Assembly: GCA_000004695.1 (NCBI GenBank)
Contig: CM000154.2
Span: 3,808,001 to 3,872,000, forward strand
Origin: Dictyostelium discoideum
Lineage: Eukaryota
Length of the DNA: 64,000 nt
Reading direction: 5' to 3'
Numbering within the stretch: the stretch's first letter is position 1; every line of letters starts with the position of its first letter. Below are positions 47,876 through 60,511 of this stretch, piece after piece. Under the pieces are notes generated by a model. It did not search any database, was not told where the DNA came from, and was given only the letters and a program-made list of their open reading frames with translations. Position numbers and translations under genes: made by a program.

Positions 47876-48260
47876 TATTTCAAGTGCCACTTCAAATGTT
47901 AAACATTCTCTTAAGGGATGTGATAGTTGTGCACAATACCCAATACCCATGCAACATAATACATAGATTCAGCACTATTTTTTGGAGTTGGAAGACCATT
48001 GGTTTAAAAAAGGGTCCTAATCCATTGCCTCTTAGGATATACTAATTACAGTGAACAACCATCCAACCATGAACAAAAATGCTTATTATGCAATAATGGC
48101 CTTTGTGAAAACGTTAAAGCGGCACTTTAAGATTTGTTGCCACTTTAACGTTTTCTAGAAGACCATAATTGTACAATAAGCCGTTTAATTCTTGATTAGA
48201 TGGTGGTTCAATGTAATTAGAATTTCTAAGGAGCCATGGATTAGAACCCTAGGGTTTTAT
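47876..48260. other. GC-richer (~40% GC) ~385-bp segment of unknown origin abutting the DGAT2 fragment; contains a 17-bp-stem imperfect hairpin (48099..48147)
   Basis: Composition clearly departs from the ~85-90% AT of the surrounding intergenic DNA. Inverted repeat gaaaacgttaaagcggc / gccactttaacgttttc has 1 mismatch and a 15-nt loop. No convincing ORF: the 74-aa ORF 47821..48045 has no recognisable features. No recognised ncRNA motif. Confidence 0.4.
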
Positions 48261-48407
48261 TTTTTTTATTGATGAAATAATTAACATATATAATATCACA
48301 AAAAAAAAAAAAAAAAAATCCGGATTGCCTGTTATATATATTTAATAAATACAAAGGATAGTTATTTCCTGATTTATTTAATATTTTGGTTAATAATTTA
48401 AAAATAA

Positions 48408-48438
<31 letters not shown>

Positions 48439-48719
48439 ATCTTTTATATAGTTTTATAAAAAGTGTCTAAAAAAATATAAAATTGGTGTCTGTCACAATT
48501 TAATTTAATTTTTTTTCAATTTAAAATTATTTCTAATTAATACCAAACAAAAAAAAAAAAAATATCAAAAAAAAAAAAAAAATTAAATAATAAAATATCA
48601 AGATCCCAACCAAAAAATAATAATAATAATAATAATAATAAATAATCATCCAAGTTAATTCTTCCAAATAATAAAATAAAATAAAATAAAATTTATATAT
48701 TACAAATTTTTAAATTAAT

Positions 48720-48875
48720 TTAATTTATTTTTAAATTTCCAGTTTCTTTATCAGCACAAGAATTTTTGTGTTTGTCAAATAAATTTTGAAGTGCTTCAAC
48801 ATAAATTTGATGATAATGTTCAATAACTTGATCAGTAGGTGATTTAATCTTTGGTATATCAATTGGTTCGCCAAC

Positions 48876-48921
<46 letters not shown>

Positions 48922-49913
48922 ATTAGTATATACATTTTTGTTTTTGTTTTTGTTTTTGTTTTTGTTATTATATTTTAAATAAATAATATAAAATACACTT
49001 ACCAACAGTAACGATTTTATGTCTAACTGGTAATAAACCAAAATCATAATTAAAAATTCCTCTACCCATGAATAATGGTGGTGCGATACCAGTTAGATCT
49101 TTGATTTTAGTTTGAATCTTTCTAACTAATGAACCACGTGGATTTGGTACTTGATCATAGATATCATTTTCACCAAATGAATAAACTGGTACTAATGATG
49201 CACCATTTACCAATGCTAATTTAATGAAACCTTTTCTCTTTTTCAATGTAATTTCATTAAGCCCAGGACGGGCGTCTAGTGATTCCTCTGCTCCACCAAC
49301 TACCAAACAAATTGATTCACCAGCTCCTGAATTTAAAATATTTTCACAACTTTTCTTTGAAACTGATGACATACCAAAACTCATTAAAACATCTCTTAAA
49401 AATGGTATCTTAAAAAAAAAAAAAAAAAAATTTATTAATTAGTACTCTCTCTCCCTCTCTAAAATAAATTATAATACATACTTTAAAATTTGATTCTAAT
49501 GTTAATAAATGTACTTTTAAACCAGGTAATTTTTCGTCAATATTATTAGCATTTGTAGCGAAATTACAAAAAGCACCAATACTAATGATACCATGTGGAT
49601 GATAGGCAAAGATGTAATTCTTTTTTGGATCATAATTTGAATTGATAATTAAAGAGATTGGGAAATAATCTCTAAAGTAACGCCACAGTATTGAATTTCT
49701 AACTAAACTTACACGTCTACCACCACTTTCATGTTTTGTATCGAAATAAAACATCCAAACTAAATAAGGTATTGCAATACCCCAAAACAATGGTATCACT
49801 ATTAAATTGAATGCCATTATTAAACATACTGGTAATACCATTGCATAAATTGCAACTGCCATAGTTTCTAACCTTCTATATAATGGAACATTCCATGGTA
49901 CAAACCTAACCAT
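48720..49913 (-). CDS. diacylglycerol O-acyltransferase 2 family (DGAT2/MOGAT-like) acyltransferase, ~330 aa; 3 exons on minus strand: join(49913..49482,49408..49003,48874..48720)
   Basis: Exon 1 MVRFVPWNVPLYRRLETMAVAIYA…NYIFAYHPHGIISIGAFCNFATNANN…LKVHLLTLESNFK carries the DGAT2 HPHG motif and N-terminal TM hairpin; donor GTATGT. Exon 2 IPFLRDVLMSFGMSSVSKKSCENILNSGAGESICLVVGGAEESLDARPG…LVPVYSFGENDIYDQV…, phase-1 donor GTAAGT. Exon 3 (V)GEPIDIPKIKSPTDQVIEHYHQIYVEALQNLFDKHK…. Confidence 0.85.
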
Positions 49914-50233
49914 ATTATTTTTTTTTTTTTTATTTTTTTTTTTTATATTTAAAAAATGAATAGAATTTATTATGAAACTAAATATATATATAAATTATCA
50001 CAGATATTAAAATAATATATGATACAAAAAAATAATAATAATAAATGTAATATTAAAAAAAAAAGATAATATAAATTTGTATGAATGTGTGAAATTAATT
50101 TACAAAATAAAAAATAAAAAAAAAAAATAAAAAATAAAAAAAAATAAAAAAAAAAAAAAATTAAGATAAAAAAAAAATCTAATTTTTTTTATTTTGTACA
50201 TATATACACACTATTGCAACACACTTTTTTTTT

Positions 50234-51007
<774 letters not shown>

Positions 51008-51611
51008 AATAACGGTTGCTTGGAGTTACGTTTGATCAGAAAATTTTTTATTTTTTACTTTTTTTTTTTTTTCACTTTTTTTTTTTTTTTTTTCATTTTT
51101 TTTTTTTTTCGGTTGGCATAAATAGAATTTTTTTTGAATTTTTCATTTTTTTTTCAACAAGCAACAAAGCAAAAGGTAAATATTTAGTTATATAATAAAA
51201 AAAAAAAAAAGAAAAATTAGTGATATGAATCAAATGATTGAAAACCAATATTTATAGAAGTCTTCTGAAAGTCAATGAGGAATACTTATTTACCATGCAA
51301 CACCATCTGATCATTTATATCAATAATTTTTTTTTTTTTTTAAAAAAAAAAAATCTTATTCTCCATTATTGGTTTATGAAATTAAAAAAAAAAAAAAAAA
51401 AATATTCAAATTATTAATAATTAATTATTCTTTTTTTTTTTATTTATTTTCTAATCTAATAGGTTTTCTGCTTGTGTACACTCTTGATTCTCTTTGATCC
51501 CCTTTCCTTTTTTTAAAAAATAAAAATAAATGAAATTCTTATATAATGAATTTGCAAACAAAAAAAAACAAATAATGACTTTTTTTTTTTTTTCTTTTTT
51601 TATAATTTAAT

Positions 51612-52109
51612 TTATTTACTACTATTTCTTTTTGTTAAAAAATATTCTCTTTTAATTTTGATGAAATTATTAATTTTTCTTTTTTTCCAAATTATAACAC
51701 CAACGATTGCAGTACTAAAGACAACACATAAAACTACAGCGATAATAACTTTATTCCTAAAGATGAGATTACCATTATTATTATCATCAGTAATGATTAC
51801 TTTACCATCATCAGTTACTCTACAAGTACTAGTTGGTGAAATTAATAAACTAAGTGATGATTTAGTTTGTGTTAATTGGTATTTACAGGGATCGTTAATA
51901 GTTTCATAAGAGTTTGATGTTTTATTGTATGAATTTAATTTCAATGTGAATGAATTGGTTAAATTTGAATTTGAATAATTTAAAAATGTAATATTACCAC
52001 TTGTATTAGTATTATTTAAATAAACATTAATAGTTTTATTTGTATTACTAGTGGTTGTTGCTGCTGATGATGATAATGATCCATCAATTGATAATATCGA
52101 TCTTTTTAA

Positions 52110-52141
<32 letters not shown>

Positions 52142-55001
52142 CATTAATTTCTTCATTGGATGCTATATATTCACCAAGTATAAGAATATGAGTAAAATCA
52201 ATACCAGCAGTATCATTACCATTGATTAAAATATCGAAATGAGAGTTTGAATTTTGAGATAATGAACCATTAACAATTAGCTTTGTAATTGATGAATTTG
52301 TACCAATTGAAGAGTTGAATGATGATTTAATATCATTTTCAATAATACCATTACCATTAATATTACCATTATGAATTAATATAGTTTTTGAACTATTATT
52401 TGTTTTATTATTATTATTATTATTATCAATTGATAAAATTGAATTTGATAAATTAATAATACTATTAGCTGAAGTATTAAATTGATTTAATATTAATTTC
52501 ATATCTTTTAATATTAAATCACCAAAATTATTAAATTTATTAAGTTTTGTTGTAGGATAGTATGAATCTGTTGAATTGGTTGTATTTGAAGAAGAATTTG
52601 AAGAAGATGATGAAGAGGAGGAGGAAGAAGAAGAAGAATCTGAAGAAGAAGAAAACATCCAAGATTTATAATTATTTATAACATGATTACCATTATCAGG
52701 TGAATGAAATAAACTATTGGATTTTAAAGTTACATCACCATTATTTTCAAAATAAGAATTACCAAATAATTGAAATTTACCACCATCATTAATTTCAAAA
52801 TTTTGATTATTTATAAAATTTGAATTATTTAAATTAACTAAACTTTGATTATTAATTTGTGATAAATGATTATTATTTGATGTTGTTGATGATGTAGTTT
52901 TAATTATAGTTTTTGATAAATAAAAATTTGAAAAATCAATTGAAATTATTGAATTATCACTTAAATGTAAATTTGAATTTTCAAAATAAATATTTGAATT
53001 ATTTGATAAATTTAAAATTGTATTACCATTTAATTTTAAAGAAGAACCTCTATTAAAATTAATAGTTGAACCTTGATCAATTGTTACGATTGAATTTTCA
53101 TTTAATAATAAATTTGAACCTAATCCATTTAAAGAGAATTTTGAATTACTTGATATTTTCAATTGAGAATTATGATTTAACTGAATTAAATTATTATTAT
53201 GTGAATGAATTGAATTATCACTAATTAATAACATTGATGAATTTAATAAATTGAATGGATTATTCGTATTTAGGAATGAGTTTGATGATAATTGGAATTG
53301 AGCATTATCAGATAGCATTGTAATTTTAGATTCCATATTTACATCTGTACAATTCTTTAAAAGGAATATAGACTTATCTGATAAATTAATTGATGACCCC
53401 ATGAATTGAAAAACACTATTTTCATTCTGGAATATTGAATTACCAATTGAATGAATATTTGAGCGAATTCCAATAGAACTTTGATTTACAATTATTTTAG
53501 AATCATCATTTAAATAAAAATCACCAGAATCACTCACTATATACCCATTGGAATTGATAGATAGAGTACCATTACCATTCAATTTGAAATTACCATTCAC
53601 ATGTAATCCACCCTCATTATTTAAATTTATTGTTGATTTATCACCCAACAAAAATTGAGATTTAATCTCTAATAGTGAATTATTTATAATCGTTTTACCA
53701 CCATTACTTATGAACTGATCCATTTGGACTAACGATTGATTATTTGCATTCAACGTTGAGTTTGAGTCACTTAATTCTAATAACAATCCTTTTAAATTTG
53801 ATAATGGTGAATTTAAATTCACTTTTGAACCATCTGAAATTGACATACCACCTTTTGAATCTTGAGTGTTCAATAAATTATCAATATTTAAAATTGAACC
53901 ACCTTTAACAATTGATTGTGTTGAGTTTATAGTTAATGGTGAATTTACATTAATAATACCTTTACTATTTATATTAAACAGGTTTGTATTTATTGATATT
54001 GGTAAATCAATATTAAATAATCCACCATTATTATAAAAATTATTTGAATTAATTGATGTTGTTTTTGAATTAACTTGTAAATTATTATTATTATTATTAC
54101 TATCTTTTGAAGTGGAAGAAGATGATGATGAAGATGTTGTTAATACATTCATTGTTGGTACAAATTGATTTGATGCTGATGCTGATGATGATGATGATGC
54201 TGCTGATATATTTGTTCGTAAAATACCAGTTTTTGATATATTTAAATCTGAATTAATATCTAAAATACTATTACTATCTAAAATATTTACAATTCCATCA
54301 ATTTGAAAATGACTTGTTGTACGTAAACATTCACCACTATTATTATTACATCCAATATTCATACTTGAACCATTTGATAATGATAATGATCCATTAAATT
54401 GTAATGTGAATGCAACATTTAAAGTATTTGATGTTTTTTTACTTACATCACCAATTACTGTTTCTGGTGAATTAATTATTGTTGTTTTACTATTATAATA
54501 TACACAATTTGAAGATTGACCAGATGCTATTGTACCAGACGAAGATGTCGTTGAACCAGATGCTGATGATGATGATGATGTTGTTGTTGTTGTTGAAGAT
54601 GATGACGAATGAAATGATGATGATGTTTTAGTTGTATTTGTTGAACTTATCATTGTACCATTATTTTTTGAAAGTGATGGTGTTGTCGAATTTAGTTTTT
54701 GTGGCAAAATGGTATTGGTAACTGTTGACGAAACTGATGAAGACGATGATGATGATTGAACCAATGTTGAAGTTAAATTAAATTTTTTATATGTTTGATT
54801 TGACATTAAAGATAAATCACCACAAGAAATTGATGATTCATTTAAAGATGATGATGATGAAGTTATATTATTATTATTGTTGGTAGTATCATTTTGTGTT
54901 GTTAATATATGGCCACTTACAAAATAATTATTAAAAATTATATTATTTAAACATATCGAACATAAAATTATAATTAATAATTTTAAAAATAATTTTATCA
55001 T
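51612..55001 (-). CDS. large Ser/Thr/Asn-rich type-I membrane glycoprotein (signal peptide, many N-x-S/T sequons, beta-helix-like NS/NL repeats, single C-terminal TM + basic tail), 1129 aa
   Basis: N-terminal MIKLFLKLLIIILCSICLNNIIF is signal-peptide-like. Internal degenerate repeats (…NLNSPLSNLKGLLLELSDSNSTLNANNQSL…, …SNLHLSDNSIISIDFSN…) are reminiscent of parallel beta-helix/adhesin repeats. C-terminus IIAVVLCVVFSTAIVGVIIWKKRK is a TM anchor. No precise family assigned. Confidence 0.6.
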
Positions 55002-55394
55002 TTTTTCGTTATTTATTATTTATTATTAATATTATTTTTTTTTGGTATATATTTTTTTTTTTTTTTTTTTTTTTCTCTCTTTATAATATTATTTTTTATT
55101 TTATTTTATTTTTTTATATAAAAAATATATTTAATTAAAATATTATAATTAAAATAGAAAAAATTTATTTGAATAGATTAAGTAGTTAGCTCTATAATAA
55201 AATAATTTGTTTAAGAAAGGAAAAAAAAAAAAGGAAAAAAAAAAATTATTTTTAACATTAAAAAAAATAAATAAAAAAAAAAAAAAAAAAAAAGAAATAA
55301 AAAAAGATCAAATCTTGTTATTAAATAAGATTTTGATAAAAAAAATATATATAAAGTGTATTACACTAATAAATATTGTTTTATTTTGTTTTTG

Positions 55395-55450
<56 letters not shown>

Positions 55451-56341
55451 TTGTTTAAAATAATAATAATAATAATAATAATAATTTTAATTAAAATATA
55501 TCTTTTATCATTAACCACATGAACACTTTCCCCCACACACTGTTTCTGTCAAAAAATATACGATAAAAAAAAAAAAAAAAAATTTCTTTTTAATTTTTTT
55601 TTTTTTATTTTTAAATTATTTGATTATATATCACACACAGTCCAGTACAGGTTTTCTGAAAAAAAAAAAAAAAAAAAAAAAAAACAAAAATCATATTTGA
55701 TGTTATTCTTTAAAAGGAATGTTAAATATATATATAAGGCTATAAAAATTAATATTTTAACTACACTGATGTCATTACCCATCCTTTGTTGTTTGATTTT
55801 TTTATTGTAAAATTAAAAAAAAAAATAAAAAAAGAAAAAAAAAAAATAAAATAAAAAAAAAAAAAACAAAAACATCATCATAAATATTTAATTGAAGAAA
55901 AGATAAAAAGAATTATTACTTTATCTGATTTTTTGAATTTTTTCTAATAATTTAATATTAATGATATATTTTATTTTATTTATTTAATTATTTTTTATAG
56001 TAAATATTTAATAATTTTGTAATTGTTAAAATAAATTAAATTAATTTCAAAATTCTATTAGTCTATTTATATTACAAGCAAATTTAATTGAATTTTATTT
56101 AATTTTAATTATATTATTCTTTTTTTAATTTAATTTTCTTCAATATCATTATACCCACAAATTACAATAAAATTTTTTTTTTATCTTTATACCACTATAT
56201 ATTATTATTATAATCAAATAATAGTATACATTTATTTATATATATATTGATGGCAGTGGAAAGTTTTTTGTTATTTTATTTTGAATTGAGTCTATCATTA
56301 GCTTGAAAAAAAAACCAAATTAGGTTTATTTTTGGAATAAC

Positions 56342-56406
56342 GGGTGTGAAAGTAAGTGTTTGAGTGTGAGATACGTGTGGGTGGGTGTCTGTGTGGGTGT
56401 GGGGGT
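56342..56406. promoter_or_regulatory. G/T-rich tract (gggtgtgaaagtaagtgtttgagtgtgagatacgtgtgggtgggtgtctgtgtgggtgtggggg), G-box-like, ~700 bp upstream of the first Tgr-like gene
   Basis: A strikingly G-rich island in an AT-rich intergenic region, with repeated GTGTG/GGGTG units. It resembles G-boxes bound by the Dictyostelium G-box binding factor in post-aggregative promoters. Potential G-quadruplex former. Confidence 0.3.
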
Positions 56407-56763
56407 AATTGGAAGAGCAAATTAATTTTTTTTTTTTTTTTTGAATTTAATAAATTTCTATTTTTGGTTTAATTTATTTATTTAATATTAAAGTATGATC
56501 CTATATTATTATTAGGGTTTTTGTAACCTATTAAAAAAATTACAAAATAATCGTTGTTTTATTGCCAATTATAAATATAAAAATCAAACCCATATACTTC
56601 TACTCATGATAAAACACCAATACATATACCTATAAATAACTTTTACTAAAATGAATTTATGAAAAAGCTAATTTAATTTTTAACCAATTTATTCTATCAA
56701 TTATTTAAAAATTTAAATTAAAATTTAAATAAATTGTTAAAATGGTTTTTCGGTTGGTTATTG

Positions 56764-56800
<37 letters not shown>

Positions 56801-57107
56801 CAAATATAATAATTTAACATTAACATTTGTAACTAATATAATAGATTAAAACATTTTATTAACTTCATCTGGTCAGTTTGTTTTTTTTTTTTAGGTCTTT
56901 TTTTTTGGGTCTTTTTTTTTTTTTTTTAAAAGAAAAAAAAAATTTTGATGGGTAAAAATGGCTTTAAAATCAAAATCCACCAAAAATTAAAACAAAGAAT
57001 AAAATTAAAAAAAAGAAAAAAAAAAATAAAAAAGAAAAGAAAAAAATAAAGAAAAAAAAAAAAAAAAAAAAAAAAAAATACTTTTTATTATTTCAAACTG
57101 TATCGCA

Positions 57108-57376
57108 ATGATCAAATATCTTATTTTAATTTTAATTTTAATTTTAAATATATATTATTCTAATGGGTCTGATTGCTCATATTTTGACAATGGAAGAAAT
57201 ACTTTATATGATTTAAAATCCTTTTTTTATTATCCGTAAATATTAAAATTTAAAATAATTTATTTAATTTCCCAATTCATACTAACCTTTATCATTATAA
57301 ATTTTAAATAAAAATATAAAAATAGAGATGGAACTGTGTACGTATTTTTTTTTCTATAAATAAATTACTAATTTAA

Positions 57377-57440
<64 letters not shown>

Positions 57441-59890
57441 GTTTCAAAGAATATTATAGATCCCAAGCTTTGAGCAGTAAATGGGATATTAGTTTTAATT
57501 TATGCTCTGAAGGACAATTGAGTGTTTGTCAAGGAAAAGGAAAATATGCATGTCAAACAAATTATGATTCTAATTGGGTGTTTGTGGATGTATATGATTT
57601 AGGAAGTTTAAATAAAACAAATTTCATGGATGATGGTGTTACATTAACATATAGAGGGTATATAAGTCCCGATTCCCCTAGAGGATGGTGTATAGAAGGT
57701 TCATATGAAGTAAACTATAGAATAACAAATTTCAATTTATTGTGTGATAAGGGTGTTGAGAATGTTGATGTATTAAATGCAACGGAACCAATCGGTTGTT
57801 ATTACAATGTTACTCTTAAAAGTAAACAATTTTGTGAATGCCCATTGCAATGTAGCCCACCACATGGTAAATGTGTTAATGGTGAATGTGTTTGTGACCA
57901 ATTTTCAAATGGAACATCTTGTGAAAAATTGATAATTACTATTGATTCTGTAGTCAATACAACAATTAATGGTGGAATAGGGTATATTCATTTCAGTAAT
58001 TTTTCAATGACTTTTCCATTATTTCAGTTAAAAATCGGTGACCTTTATTGTACCAATGTTATGTTATTAAACAGTTCAACACTTCAATTTACAATCAGTC
58101 CTGGTATTGGAATTCACAATGTTGAAATTATTAATGGAAATTCATCATACTTGTCATATGATTCATTTGGATATCAATGTAATTCTGATTGCTCTCCTCC
58201 CCATGGTGAGTGCAATTTAACACTTGGAAGTTGTTCATGTGATACTCAAACCAATGGAACAAATTGTGAAAACTTGATAATTACTATTGATTCTGTAATA
58301 AATACAACAATAAGTGGTGGGATTGGGTATATTCATTTCAGTAATTTTACAGTGACTTTTCCATTGTTTCAATTAAAAATTGGAGGTGTTTATTGTACAA
58401 ATGTTAAATTATTAAACAGTTCAACACTTCAATTTTCTATTGGTCCTGGTAATGGTATTCACAATGTTGAAATTATTAATGGAAATTCATCTTACTTGTC
58501 ATATGATTCATTTGGATATCAATGTAACACTGCTTGCTCTCCTCCACATGGTGAGTGCAATTTAACACTTGGAAGTTGTTCATGTGATACTCAAACTAAT
58601 GGAACAAATTGTGAAAATTCAAAATTGTTTTTAAATAACATTATCCCAACTGATGAAAATGGTGGTACAACTTATTTATATGGTTATTTTGGAAATACAA
58701 CTTCTAATTTATCAATAATGATTGGAGATAATGATTGCACAAATATTGAACAACTAAATGAAACATTAATTAAATGTGACGTTGGAAAGGGTTCTGGTTT
58801 TAAAGATGTGATTTTAAAAGATAGAGATTTAATAGTACATGTTTTGAATTTATTTCAATACTTTAAACCAATAACAACAAACCCACCAAAGCATTGTATT
58901 GATAATTGTGGTGCTCCAAATAATGGAATTTGTACTTCTACAGGTTGTATGTGTATTTCACCATGGATAGGTAATGACTGTAAATCTAAAATTATTTCAA
59001 TTCCTCAACCATCATTAAATTATTCGAATCCAGTTACAGACATACAATTGATTGACAATAAGGTAGATACTAAACTATTCCGTTCACTAGTATCAATTGT
59101 AAAATTAAGAGAATTAGATTTCCAGTCTAAACAAGTGAATTCATTTACATTTATAGAATGGGAATATTATAAAATTAATGAATCAACAAGCCAATATAAA
59201 TCAAATATTACAAATTTAGGTTTAACTACTTTTATTACTGTAACTTTACAATGGTTTGAAAATGAAACTAATGTTGTATTTGTAAATCAAAATATTAAAA
59301 TGAACCCTTCATCAATTAAATACACAATTGAGATTTCTGAATATAAATTCAGCAGTAACTTAAATCAATTACAATTAGTAATGATGGCTTCATTGTCTAT
59401 TAATAAAACAAATGATATTTGTTCAAATAAAGAGTTTAGTGAAACTTCAAGTGGTGATGATTCAAATTATTTAAAAATTCAAATTGATGATCATTCTTTA
59501 TATGGTAGATTTATAAAAAGAGCATTAATTGATTCAATTCCAAGATCAATTGATAATGTTCCTTTGGACTCTTCAATGAATCAAGTTGATAGTGCCTCTT
59601 TGTCTCAATCATATATTGGTATTTCAGTTCCTTTTTTTAAAAAACAAATAATAATTGATCCTGATTTTTCAGTACTTCTCAGTTCATCTTCTGATTCTTT
59701 CAAATCTGAATCTTCAATTTGTTCATTTAATAAAGAATCAAAATTTTCAGGTGGATTAATTTCAGCAATAGTTTTATGTAGTTTTTTTGTATTTGCAAGT
59801 TTAATAACAATGGTTGCATATAGTTATTATAAAAAAAGATATGATAGAAATATAATGAAAGAAATTCGAACAAAATTATCTAAAAGGTAA
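57108..59890 (+). CDS. EGF-like/IPT-TIG-like repeat single-pass transmembrane protein (Tgr/Tiger-family-like), copy 1, ~859 aa; 2 exons: join(57108..57235,57442..59890)
   Basis: Exon 1 MIKYLILILILILNIYYSNGSDCSYFDNGRNTLYDLKSFFYY (signal peptide), phase-2 donor GTAAAT. Acceptor aaaatag at 57441. Exon 2 (P)FKEYYRSQALSSKWDISFNLCSEGQ…. Three C-S-P-P-H-G-x-C…C-x-C-D…NGT-x-CE EGF-like units alternate with LIITIDSV.NTTI.GGIGYIHFSNF…LQF.I.PG.GIHNVEIINGNSSY TIG-like units. C-terminal TM GGLISAIVLCSFFVFASLITMVAYSYY + KKRYDRN tail. Many N-glycosylation sequons. Confidence 0.7.
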
Positions 59891-60511
59891 GTTGAACCAT
59901 ATATGTAAAAAAAAAAAAAAAAAAATAATTAAATAAATTAATAAATAAATAAGTAAAATAAATGAATAAATTTAAATGGTTATGACTGTTATTCTTTAAA
60001 AAAAAATTTCTCTGCTTTCTAAATTTTTATTTTTGTTTTTAAAATTGTGTTTATGTTAATTTTATAATCTTTTTTGCCAAATGAACCTTTTACCTATTAC
60101 TCAATTGTTACACAATCATTTTATATAGGAAATTGCAAACTACAATAAGAAATTAAAACATATTATTGATTTAATCTAATTGTTTTTATTGGTCTTTTTT
60201 TTTTAGTTTTTTTTTTTTTTTTCAAAAGAAAAAAAAAAATTTATTGGGTCCGACTTTTGTTAAAAATGGCTTTAAAATCTAAATTTAAATCCACCAATCA
60301 ATTTTTTCTTTTTTTTATTTATAATTATATTTAAAAAAAATTAAAACTTAGAAGAAAAAAATTCAAATTTATTCAAATTTATACCAAACTCTTTTTTCTG
60401 ATAGAGTTTTATTAATTCCATAAAAAAAAAAAAAAAAAAAAAGAAAAGAAAAAACAAAGGATAAAAAAAAAAAAAAAAAAACATTCTTTGATTATTTTTA
60501 AACAGTTTGTA

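Noticed and set aside
47821-48045. 74-aa ORF in the GC-richer island as a real gene
   Set aside because: No recognisable domain. It overlaps the junction of the degenerate DGAT2 fragment. More likely non-coding DNA of foreign or transposon origin.
56342-56406. G/T-rich tract as telomeric repeat or rDNA junction
   Set aside because: The Dictyostelium telomere-associated repeat is A-G(1-8). This tract is a G/T mixture (GTGTG/GGGTG) with no A-Gn periodicity and lies mid-contig between genes. A promoter G-box is more plausible.
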